From NCBI GenBank assembly GCA_038241315.1, contig JBBRFU010000027.1, positions 1-24,000 of the forward strand: a DNA stretch of 24,000 nucleotides, in the 5' to 3' direction. Position 1 is the stretch's first letter; every line of letters begins with the position of its first letter. The notes beneath the pieces are model-generated. The model searched no databases. It saw nothing but the letters and a program-made list of their open reading frames with translations, and was not told the origin of the DNA. Both the position numbers and the translations under genes were made by a program. Origin of the DNA: Acidimicrobiales bacterium (lineage in GTDB: Bacteria > Actinomycetota > Acidimicrobiia > Acidimicrobiales > Iamiaceae). Of this stretch, positions 15,761 through 24,000 are shown piece after piece.

Positions 15761-17587
15761 TCAGGTCCGCCGGCGGCCGTCGGCCAGTCGGATCACCACG
15801 TCGGCCCGCTCCAGCACGCGCGGCCGGTGGCTGACGGCGAGGACGGTGAGGTCGCCGTCGGCGGCGGTGAAGAGCCCGTCCCACAGGCGGGTCTCGGTGG
15901 CCACGTCGAGCGCGCTCGAGAGGTCGTCGACCACGAGCAGCTCGGGCTCTCGGACGAAGGCGCGCGCCGCCGCCGCCCGCTGGATCTGGCCGCCGGAGAG
16001 CCGCACGCCCTTCGGGCCCACCATGGTCCGCCGCCCGTCGGGCAGGTCGTCGAGGTCGTCGTCGAGGCAGGCCAGCGTGAAGGCGCGGGCGAGGCCGGCC
16101 GGGTCCACCCCGAGCAGGACCGTGTCGGCGAGGGTCTCGGAGAACAGGCGGGGCACCTGGGGCACGTAGGCCACCCGGGGCGGCACGAGCACGGTGGACG
16201 GGTCGTCCACCTCCTCGTCGTTCCAGAGGATCGACCCGCCGGCCCGGGGCACCAGGCCGAGCACGGCTCGCAGCAGCACCGACTTGCCGGCGCCCACCGG
16301 CCCGGTGACCACCACGAGCTGGCCGCGACGCACGTCGAGGTCGACGCCCGCCACCTGATCGCCCTCGTCGAGGTGGACGCGCAGGCCGCGCACCGCCAGC
16401 CGCTCGAGGCGGACGGGCGCCGAGCGGCGGGTGCGGGGCTCGACGACGTCGTGGACGTAGGCCGGCGGGCCGTGGCGGAGGTGGGTGGTGACAGGGGCCG
16501 AGGCGCGATCGGCGTCGTGGTCGGCGATCAGGCGGCCGAGGCGGGCGGCCGACACCTCGGCCTGGCGCTGCCACGCCGACCACCGGGCCGTGATCCGGGG
16601 GAGCCCGGCCACGACGGTGGCGTAGGTGGTGAACAGGCCGATGTCGCCCACGCTGAGGTCGCCCCGGCGCAGGGCCGGCGCCGCCAGGAGGAGGGCCAGG
16701 CCCAGCCCGGCGTTGGCGGTGATGCCGCCGAGGACCTGGGACACCTGGGTGCCCACCTGGTCCCGCCGGGCATGGGCAGCGCGCACCCGGCCCAGCTCCT
16801 GGAAGCGGCCCAGCACGGCGGGCTCGGCGGCGGCCACCTTCACCGCCCCGATGGCGCCGAAGGCATCGCCGATGAAGCCGGTGACCCCGGCCGTGGCCTG
16901 GCGCTCGGCCATCCGCCATCGCCGCAGGCGGGAGGCGAGGACCTGGCCGATCCACAGCACCACGACCACCGGGAGGGCCATGGCGACCGCGGCCGGCGGC
17001 GAGATGAACGCCAGGACGGCGAGCCCGCCCAACGAGCCCAGGGTGGCGGCCACCAGGTCGAGCCAGACGTCGAGCACCTGGGCGATGTCGCGCGCGTCGT
17101 CGCGGAAGCGGCTGACGGCCTCGCCCGGCGAGCCGGGGAGGCGGTCGGTGACGGGGCCCGGGTCCTGGGCGAGGGAGCGCAGCACGTTGACCCGCGGGAC
17201 GGTGTGCCAGAACACGAAGGCGCCGTGCCACTGGATGATGGCCGGGAGGAGGACGAGCCAGCGGCCGACCTCGAGCCCGGCGAGCACGGCCACCACCGTC
17301 CAGATCCCCGACCCGTCGCCGGGCGGCAGGCGGTCGAGGACGCTGCGCAGCACCAACCCCGTGGCGAGGGGGAGGCAGAAGAACAGGCACCACATGGCCA
17401 CCGAGATGAGCCAGGCCTGCCGGTCGGCCCGCAGGATCCGCCACGCGAAGCGGAAGCTGCTCGCGGTCTCCGGGGCGGTGGCCGGGGCGGCGGTGCGGGC
17501 ACCGTTGGTCGGGGCGCCGGTGGTCCGCGCACCGGTGTCGGACGCGTCGGACGTCGCGGTCGGGGTGGCGGGGGTCGTCGAGGTCAC
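15761..17587 (-). CDS. ABC exporter, fused permease/ATPase subunit (degenerate Walker B half)
   Basis: Six-helix TMD plus NBD. Walker A is GPVGAGKS and the signature is LSGGQ. Walker B is LLVVDD followed by L, so Asp replaces the catalytic Glu. The H-loop is SHR. GTG 17587 overlaps the upstream stop (GTGA). There is a T/A/P-rich N-terminal extension. Confidence 0.92.
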   Translation of the reverse strand: MTSTTPATPTATSDASDTGARTTGAPTNGARTAAPATAPETASSFRFAWRILRADRQAWLISVAMWCLFFCLPLATGLVLRSVLDRLPPGDGSGIWTVVAVLAGLEVGRWLVLLPAIIQWHGAFVFWHTVPRVNVLRSLAQDPGPVTDRLPGSPGEAVSRFRDDARDIAQVLDVWLDLVAATLGSLGGLAVLAFISPPAAVAMALPVVVVLWIGQVLASRLRRWRMAERQATAGVTGFIGDAFGAIGAVKVAAAEPAVLGRFQELGRVRAAHARRDQVGTQVSQVLGGITANAGLGLALLLAAPALRRGDLSVGDIGLFTTYATVVAGLPRITARWSAWQRQAEVSAARLGRLIADHDADRASAPVTTHLRHGPPAYVHDVVEPRTRRSAPVRLERLAVRGLRVHLDEGDQVAGVDLDVRRGQLVVVTGPVGAGKSVLLRAVLGLVPRAGGSILWNDEEVDDPSTVLVPPRVAYVPQVPRLFSETLADTVLLGVDPAGLARAFTLACLDDDLDDLPDGRRTMVGPKGVRLSGGQIQRAAAARAFVREPELLVVDDLSSALDVATETRLWDGLFTAADGDLTVLAVSHRPRVLERADVVIRLADGRRRT

Positions 17588-19338
17588 GTCGTCACCTCGT
17601 CGACGGCCCGCCCGGCGGCGAGGAGGCCGTGGAACCGCGACGACGGGTCGGCGGCGAGCAGGGCGCGGTCCCGGTGCTCGACCACGCGCCCGTGGTCGAT
17701 CACGCAGATGTGGTCGACCCGGTCGAGGGTGGCCAGGCGGTGGGCGATGATGATCGCGGTCCGGCCGGCGAGGAGCCGGTCGGTGGCGACGGCCAGCCGG
17801 GCCTCGGTGGCGGGGTCGAGGCGGCTCGACGCCTCGTCGAGGATGACGACCGCCGGGTCGGCGAGCAGCACCCGCGCGAACGCGAGCAGCTGGCCCTCGC
17901 CGGCCGAGAGGTCGCCGTCGCCGTCGAGGTGCTCGTCCAGGCCGTCGGGCAGGGAGCGCAGCCAGCGCCCGAGGCCCACGTCGGCGACCACCTCCCGGAG
18001 CCGGTCGTCGTCGGCGCGCAGGGTGCCGAAGATGGTGAGGTTGTCGCGCAGCGACGCCCGGAACAGCTCGACCTCCTGGGTGACGATCCCGATCCGGCGG
18101 CGGAGGTCGGCCACCCGGAGCGTCCGGACGTCGCTACCGCCCACCAGCACCCGGCCGTCCTCGGTGTCCCACAGGCGGGCCACCAGCCGGCCGATGGTGG
18201 TCTTGCCCGACCCGGTCCGGCCCACGATGCCGAGCGTGGTGCCGGCGGGGACGAGCAGGTCGACGTCGTCGAGCACGGCGTGGCCGGTCCCGTAGCCGAA
18301 CGTGACCCCGCGCAGCTCCACCGTGAGCGGGCCCGGGGGCAGGTCGGCGCCGTCGCCGTCGGTGATGCGGGGCGAGGTGGCGAGCAACCGGGCGGCGCGG
18401 CTGGTGCCGGCCACCGCCTTCTGGGCCTCGGCGAGCTGCTCGGCCACGCGCCAGAGCGGGTCGCTCACCAGTTGGGAGAAGCGGAGCAGGGTGAGCACCG
18501 AGCCGACCGAGAGCTCGCCGCGCCGGCTGAGCCACACGCCCAGGGCCAAGGTGGCCACGCTGCCCGCCGCGAACACGGCCCCGGCGAGCGAGATGGAGCC
18601 GTCGCCGCGTGCGGCGGCCCGCCGCGCCGTCCGCCACCAGCCGGCCGAGTGCTGCTGGAGGCGGTGCTCGGCCCACCGCCCGGCGCCGTTGGCCCGGAGG
18701 TCCTCGAGCCCGCCGAGGCGCTCCTCCACGTCGCCGTAGAGCCGGCCCTGCACCTCGCGCTCCTCGTCGTAGAAGGGCACCGCCACACGGCGGAGGTGGA
18801 CCATGACCACGATCGCGGCCGCCACGGTGAGGGCGATGAGCGCGCTGGCCCGCCAGTCGATCAGGGCCGAGACCACGAGGACGCCGACCACCAAGATGGC
18901 GTTGCCCGCCAGTTGCAGGACGGCGGTCGACGAGAACCGGGTGACCGCATCGATGTCGCCGTCGATGCGCTCGATGAGCTGGCCGGGGCTGTGGTCGCCG
19001 TGCCAGTCGAGGTCGAGGGAGAGGGCATGGGCGCAGAGGTCGCTGCGCAGGTTGTTGCCGACCCGCCACGCCAGCCGGACCGAGAGCCAGGTGACCACCA
19101 GCTGGAGGCCGTCGCCGGTGAGCGTGGTCAGGAGGAAGGCGAGGGCGAGGCCGGCCAGGGCGGCGGAGGTGCCGCCGTCGAGGGCGGTGTCGACGAAGCG
19201 CCCCACGAGCACCGGTCCGGCCAGGGGCAGGACCATGGCCACGACGAGGATGCCCAGGAGCGCGAGGAGCTGGCGGCGCTCGGGGCGCAGGTAGGTCGCC
19301 AGGAGGCGGACGTCGGCGGGGGAGTCGGGGTGGGCCAT
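17584..19338 (-). CDS. ABC exporter, fused permease/ATPase subunit (canonical Walker B, degenerate signature)
   Basis: ATG 19338. TMD plus NBD, with Walker A GRTGSGKT, Q-loop VTQE, non-canonical signature LSAGEGQ, Walker B VVILDE and H-loop AHR. Confidence 0.92.
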   Translation of the reverse strand: MAHPDSPADVRLLATYLRPERRQLLALLGILVVAMVLPLAGPVLVGRFVDTALDGGTSAALAGLALAFLLTTLTGDGLQLVVTWLSVRLAWRVGNNLRSDLCAHALSLDLDWHGDHSPGQLIERIDGDIDAVTRFSSTAVLQLAGNAILVVGVLVVSALIDWRASALIALTVAAAIVVMVHLRRVAVPFYDEEREVQGRLYGDVEERLGGLEDLRANGAGRWAEHRLQQHSAGWWRTARRAAARGDGSISLAGAVFAAGSVATLALGVWLSRRGELSVGSVLTLLRFSQLVSDPLWRVAEQLAEAQKAVAGTSRAARLLATSPRITDGDGADLPPGPLTVELRGVTFGYGTGHAVLDDVDLLVPAGTTLGIVGRTGSGKTTIGRLVARLWDTEDGRVLVGGSDVRTLRVADLRRRIGIVTQEVELFRASLRDNLTIFGTLRADDDRLREVVADVGLGRWLRSLPDGLDEHLDGDGDLSAGEGQLLAFARVLLADPAVVILDEASSRLDPATEARLAVATDRLLAGRTAIIIAHRLATLDRVDHICVIDHGRVVEHRDRALLAADPSSRFHGLLAAGRAVDEVTT

Positions 19339-19491
19339 GGTGGGAGCGGCGCCGGGCGTCGGAGCCGGGCCGGCTCGTGGCGCGGCCCGCGGGCGCGCGG
19401 AGCCCGATCACGTTACGGACGCCGCCGCCCGGTCGACGAGCGATTTGCCCGGTGGGTGGCGGGCGGCCGCGGTCGCGGGGAGGATGCCCGG

Positions 19492-20013
19492 GTGGCGCAC
19501 CCCGAGCACGACCGGAGCACGTGGCGGATCCGACCGGCGGAGCCGGGCGACGTGGCGGCCATGGACCGGTTGATCCGGGCCCTGGCCGACTACGAGCGGG
19601 AGCCCGACGCGGTGGAGGCCACCGCCGACGACCTGGGCGACGCCCTGTTCGGCCCCGACCCCCGCGTCCACGCCCACGTGGCCGAGGTGGCCGTGGGCGA
19701 CGGGTGGGAGGTGGCGGGGATGGTCGTCTGGTTCGTCACGTACTCCACCTGGAAGGGACGACACGGGCTCTGGCTGGAGGACCTCTTCGTCGTCCCCGAG
19801 CATCGGCGACTCGGCCTCGGCCGGGCCCTGCTGGCCACGCTCGCCGGCGTGTGCGAGGAGCGGGGCTGGCCGCGCCTCGAGTGGTGGGTGCTCGACTGGA
19901 ACGCCCCGGCCCACCGCTTCTACGAGTCGCTCGGCGCCCGCGCCGAGGACGAGTGGACCACCTGGCGCCTCGATCGCGAGGCCCTCCGGGCCCTCGGCCG
20001 CCCACCCGCCTGA
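19492..20013 (+). CDS. GNAT-family N-acetyltransferase
   Basis: GTG 19492 lies 7 nt after GGGAGGA. The GNAT core is LWLEDLFVVPEHRRLGLGRALL (acetyl-CoA binding R-x-x-G-x-G/A) plus ...NAPAHRFYESLGA. Only the last 173 codons of the long 17629..20013 ORF look coding. Confidence 0.87.
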   Translation: MAHPEHDRSTWRIRPAEPGDVAAMDRLIRALADYEREPDAVEATADDLGDALFGPDPRVHAHVAEVAVGDGWEVAGMVVWFVTYSTWKGRHGLWLEDLFVVPEHRRLGLGRALLATLAGVCEERGWPRLEWWVLDWNAPAHRFYESLGARAEDEWTTWRLDREALRALGRPPA

Positions 20014-20020
20014 GCACCCG

Positions 20021-20060
20021 CGACCCCGACCGCTCCGCCACGGCCGAGCGGCCGGGGTCG
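20021..20060 (+). terminator. long GC hairpin after the GNAT gene
   Basis: CGACCCCGACCGCTC (20021..20035) pairs with GAGCGGCCGGGGTCG (20046..20060), giving a 15-bp stem with one mismatch and a 10-nt loop. It starts 8 nt after the stop codon and is followed by GTTCATCC. Confidence 0.5.
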
Positions 20061-20243
20061 GTTCATCCGAGTGCGGGCGCCACGGCTGTTCCGTGACTCG
20101 GGGGAACGGTGAGGGTGGGGTCCGTGGCCGCCCCGTCTCCCGGAGGCCGCGGGGCCCGGGTCGGTCGCCGAACGGGTGGTCGCGGCCCGGTGGGTGGCGC
20201 CGAGTTCCCACGGGGTGGGTGGCCGCGGGAGACTGGTCGGACC

Positions 20244-21356
20244 ATGCGAGATGTCAGTGACGAGATCAGCGCCCTCCGGAAGCGGCACGCCGAGGCGGCC
20301 ACCTACCTCCGGATCGACGAGCTGCGCGCCCGGCGGCCCCAGCTCGAGACCGAGGCGTCGCGCCCCGACCTCTGGGACGACGCCGACAAGGCCCGCCAGG
20401 TCACCGGTGAGCTGTCGTCGGTCACCGACGACCTCGAGGCCTACGACGCGCTCGGTGATCGGATCGACGACGTGGAGACCCTGGCCGACCTGGCGCGCGA
20501 GGAGCACGACGACTCCGTCGCCCAGGAGATCGAGGAGGCGCTCGCCGCCCTGGCCAAGGACTTCGGTTCGCTCGAGCTGCGGAGCCTCTTCACCGGCGAG
20601 CACGACGAGCTCGACGCCCTCTGCGAGGTGCAGTCCGGCGAGGGCGGCGCCGACGCCCAGGACTTCGCCAACATGCTCCTGCGCATGTACCTCCGGTGGG
20701 CCGAGCGCCGGGGCTTCGACGTGGAGCTCGACGAGGTGTCCGAAGGCTCCGAGGCCGGCATCTCGTCGGCCACCTTCATGGTGAAGGGCCGCTACGCCTA
20801 CGGCCTCCTGCGCTCCGAGCACGGGGTCCACCGCCTGGTGCGCATGAGCCCGTTCAACGCCCAGGGCAAGCGCCAGACCGCGTTCGCCGCCCTGAAGGTC
20901 ACGCCGTTCCTGGAGGACGTGCCCGACATCGTCATCGACGACAAGGACCTGCGCATCGACACCTACCGCTCCTCGGGTGCCGGTGGCCAGCACGTCAACG
21001 TGACGGACTCCGCGGTCCGCATCACCCACCTGCCCACCGGCACGGTGTCGTCGTGCCAGAACGAGCGCAGCCAGCACCAGAACAAGGACCGGGCCATGCA
21101 GGTCCTGAAGGCCAAGCTGGCCGAGCTGGAGCGCCAGAAGCGGGTGGCCGAGCTCGACGCCATCCGGGGCGTGCAGCACTCGGTGGGCTTCGGGTCCCAG
21201 ATCCGGTCCTACGTGCTGCAGCCGTACCAGATGGTCAAGGACCTTCGGTCCGAGCACGAGACCGGCAACGTCGACGGGGTGTTCGACGGTGCCCTCGACG
21301 ACTTCATGGAGGCGTTCCTCCGCTGGCAGCGGAGCGCCTCGCTCGCCGACGACTGA
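20244..21356 (+). CDS. prfB: peptide chain release factor 2
   Basis: ATG 20244. The SPF tripeptide (RMSPFNAQGKRQT) identifies RF2, and the GGQ motif is present (SSGAGGQHVN). It is a single uninterrupted ORF of 370 aa. Confidence 0.95.
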   Translation: MRDVSDEISALRKRHAEAATYLRIDELRARRPQLETEASRPDLWDDADKARQVTGELSSVTDDLEAYDALGDRIDDVETLADLAREEHDDSVAQEIEEALAALAKDFGSLELRSLFTGEHDELDALCEVQSGEGGADAQDFANMLLRMYLRWAERRGFDVELDEVSEGSEAGISSATFMVKGRYAYGLLRSEHGVHRLVRMSPFNAQGKRQTAFAALKVTPFLEDVPDIVIDDKDLRIDTYRSSGAGGQHVNVTDSAVRITHLPTGTVSSCQNERSQHQNKDRAMQVLKAKLAELERQKRVAELDAIRGVQHSVGFGSQIRSYVLQPYQMVKDLRSEHETGNVDGVFDGALDDFMEAFLRWQRSASLADD

Positions 21357-21471
21357 GGTCGCTGGGCGGTCGGAGTGCCACGGATCGCGGAGGGCGCGCT
21401 GGTAGCGTTGCTCCCTGGCACCGGGCACCTCTGTCCGCCCGATGCCGTCCGCCTCCCTGGGGTCGCCCTGC

Positions 21472-22149
<678 letters not shown>

Positions 22150-22167
22150 CCAGGAAGCACCCACCCC

Positions 22168-23064
22168 ATGGCCATCAACGGCAGCTACGTCCTCCGCGAG
22201 ACCACCGCGAACCTCACGCGCAACATCACCCTCACCCTGGCGTCGGTGCTCACCGTCTTCGTGTCGCTGGCCATCGTGGGCACCACGGTGCTCGTGATCC
22301 GGGGCGCCGAGAACATGACCCGCCAGTTCGAGGGCGGCGTGGAGTTCATCGTCTACGTCGAGCCCGACATCACCGAGGCCCAGCTCGCCGAGGTGCGCGC
22401 CGACCTGGAGGAGAACCCGCTGATCGAGCGGGCCACCTACGTCGACCGCGACGAGACCTTCGCGCTCTTCCAGGAGCTGTTCGAGGACAACGACGTCATC
22501 CTCGAGAACGTCCGCCCCACCGATCTGCCCACCAGCTTCAAGGTGGAGCCCAAGGACAAGAGCGCCGACAACGTCTCGGACCTGGCCACCTACTACCGGA
22601 AGCGCACCAACGTCTTCGAGGTCAGCGCGGCCACCGACGTGATCCGCGAGATGAAGGGCATGACCGACTTCGTCAGCCGTTCGCTCATGGGCTTCGCCAT
22701 CTTCTTGCTGGTGGCGTCGAGCCTGCTGATCCTCAACACCATCCGCACGGCCATGTTCGCCCGCCGCCGCGAGATCGAGGTCATGAAGCTGGTCGGCGCC
22801 ACCAACTGGTTCATCCGCGTGCCGTTCATGCTCGAGGGGCTGGTCCAGGGGTTGATCGGTGGCGTCCTGGCGGTGGGCTCGGTGTTCGTCATCCGCGGGT
22901 TGATCGACAACCAGCTGAACGAGACCTCGGGCCTCAACCTGCTCGAGTCGTTCTCCATCGGGTCAGAAGACGTGGTGCTGGCCTGCATCATCGTGATCTC
23001 GATCGCCATCGTGGTGAGCGTGATCAGCTCGGCCATCGCCACCCGCCGCTTCCTCGACGTCTGA
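22168..23064 (+). CDS. ftsX: cell division permease-like protein FtsX
   Basis: ATG 22168 is preceded by AGGAAG. The topology is TM1, a large extracellular loop, then three C-terminal TM helices. It contains the typical FtsX motif ...RREIEVMKLVGATNWFIRVPF. Confidence 0.93.
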   Translation: MAINGSYVLRETTANLTRNITLTLASVLTVFVSLAIVGTTVLVIRGAENMTRQFEGGVEFIVYVEPDITEAQLAEVRADLEENPLIERATYVDRDETFALFQELFEDNDVILENVRPTDLPTSFKVEPKDKSADNVSDLATYYRKRTNVFEVSAATDVIREMKGMTDFVSRSLMGFAIFLLVASSLLILNTIRTAMFARRREIEVMKLVGATNWFIRVPFMLEGLVQGLIGGVLAVGSVFVIRGLIDNQLNETSGLNLLESFSIGSEDVVLACIIVISIAIVVSVISSAIATRRFLDV

Positions 23065-23082
23065 TCGGCTCGATCGCCCCGG

Positions 23083-24000
23083 TCAGGGGTGCAGGGTGAC
23101 CGGCAGGCGGTCGTAGCCCCGCAGGACGATGCGGCCGTTGTGCGTCGCCTCGCCGGCGCGGGCCATGTCCGGGAAGCGGCGCACGAGCCGGCCGATGGCC
23201 TCCTGGCCCTCCAGGCGGGCCAGGGCGGCGCCGAGGCAGTGGTGGACACCGCTGCCGAACGACACGTGCTCGCGGGCATCGACCCGACCCAGGTCGAGCC
23301 GGTCGGCGGTCTCGCCGAACTTGCGGGGGTCGCGGTTGGCTGCGCCGAGCACCGTGGTGACGAACTGGCCGGGCTCGATGGTCCGGCCCCGGATCTCCAG
23401 GGTCTCGAGGGCGATGCGGCGGGAGAACTGGACGGGGCTGTCCCAGCGGAGCAGCTCCTCCACCGCGTTGGCGTCGAGCGAGGGGTCGGCCACCAGGCGG
23501 GCCAGCTGGTCGGGGTGGTCGAGCAGGGCGTTGGTGCCGTTGCCGATGAGGTTCACGGTGGTCTCGTGGCCCGCCAGGTACAGCAGGGTCACGTTGTCGA
23601 CGAGCTCGTCGTCGGACAGCACGTCGCCCTCGTCCTCGGCGGCGATGAGCGCGCTCAGCAGGTCGTCGTCGTGGCGACCGCGCTTCCACGCGATCGCGTC
23701 ACGCACCACGTCGCGCATGCGGTCCGACGCCTCGAAGATCGCCTCGGTGTGCTCGAGGGCCAGGATCGGGTCGAGGATCTGGGTGACGGTGTGCGACCAC
23801 GCCCGCAGCTGGGCCCGGTCGCCCTCGGGCATGCCCAGCATCTCCGAGATCACCGTGAAGGGGAGCGGGAAGGCGAGGTCGGCCACGAGGTCGACCGGCC
23901 CCTCGCGACCGTCGAGGTCGTCGAGGATCTCGTCGACCAGCTCGCCGGCCCGGTCGCGGATCCGCTCCACCGCCCGGGGGGTGAACGCCTTCGAGACCAG
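23083..24000 (-). CDS. cytochrome P450 (3' portion; gene continues beyond the window)
   Basis: Heme-binding loop FGSGVHHCLGAALA, ExxR motif EELLRW, and I-helix-like LLYLAGHETT. The frame stays open to position 24000 (…AFTPRAVERIRDRAG). Confidence 0.93.
   Translation of the reverse strand: MVSKAFTPRAVERIRDRAGELVDEILDDLDGREGPVDLVADLAFPLPFTVISEMLGMPEGDRAQLRAWSHTVTQILDPILALEHTEAIFEASDRMRDVVRDAIAWKRGRHDDDLLSALIAAEDEGDVLSDDELVDNVTLLYLAGHETTVNLIGNGTNALLDHPDQLARLVADPSLDANAVEELLRWDSPVQFSRRIALETLEIRGRTIEPGQFVTTVLGAANRDPRKFGETADRLDLGRVDAREHVSFGSGVHHCLGAALARLEGQEAIGRLVRRFPDMARAGEATHNGRIVLRGYDRLPVTLHP

Noticed and set aside
15423-19491. Very long ORFs overlapping the ABC exporter genes (15423..17444 minus, 15827..18295 plus, the 5' part of 17629..20013 plus, 18134..19411 minus)
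   Set aside because: These are R/P/G/A-rich translations in alternative or antisense frames of two ABC genes with complete Walker, signature and H-loop motifs. Only the last 173 codons of 17629..20013 (the GNAT) look real.
20244-21356. Programmed +1 frameshift site in prfB
   Set aside because: The RF2 reading frame is continuous from MRDVSDEISALRK through the SPF and GGQ motifs. There is no early in-frame TGA with a CTT TGA C-type slippery context, so no frameshift is needed.

Overview
Very high G+C (roughly 70% by eye), densely coding chromosomal window of actinobacterial type; taxon guessed from gene content and codon style only. The backbone is housekeeping: SDR oxidoreductase, YczE-like membrane protein, DsbA-family oxidoreductase, ComF-family protein, long-form hpf, NarL-type response regulator, secA, a heterodimeric ABC exporter pair, GNAT acetyltransferase, prfB (no frameshift), ftsE, ftsX, and the 3' part of a convergent cytochrome P450. 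No tRNA, rRNA, tmRNA or CRISPR array was recognised. The most interesting content is a duplicated, uncharacterised three-gene module. It comprises a ~310-330-aa polytopic membrane protein, a mini-GntR (YtrA-like) regulator and a ~200-aa single-pass protein with a beta-rich ectodomain. Copy 1 (4836..6823) lies between comF and hpf, next to a lipoprotein gene and a DUF222/HNH endonuclease gene. Copy 2 (10503..12480) lies between the response regulator and secA. Each copy carries a conspicuous AT-rich palindrome built from CATTG/CAATG half-sites at its 5' end. These are candidate operators overlapping divergent promoters, and one of them faces secA. Other oddities are a 9-bp x7 tandem repeat encoding a collagen-like (G-E-T)n linker, simple-sequence repeats upstream of hpf, and stop-codon-containing tandem repeats behind two genes. 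Many long ORFs in the six-frame track are R/P/G/A-rich shadow ORFs antisense to real genes and were discarded. Start codons are often GTG/TTG and several are uncertain.
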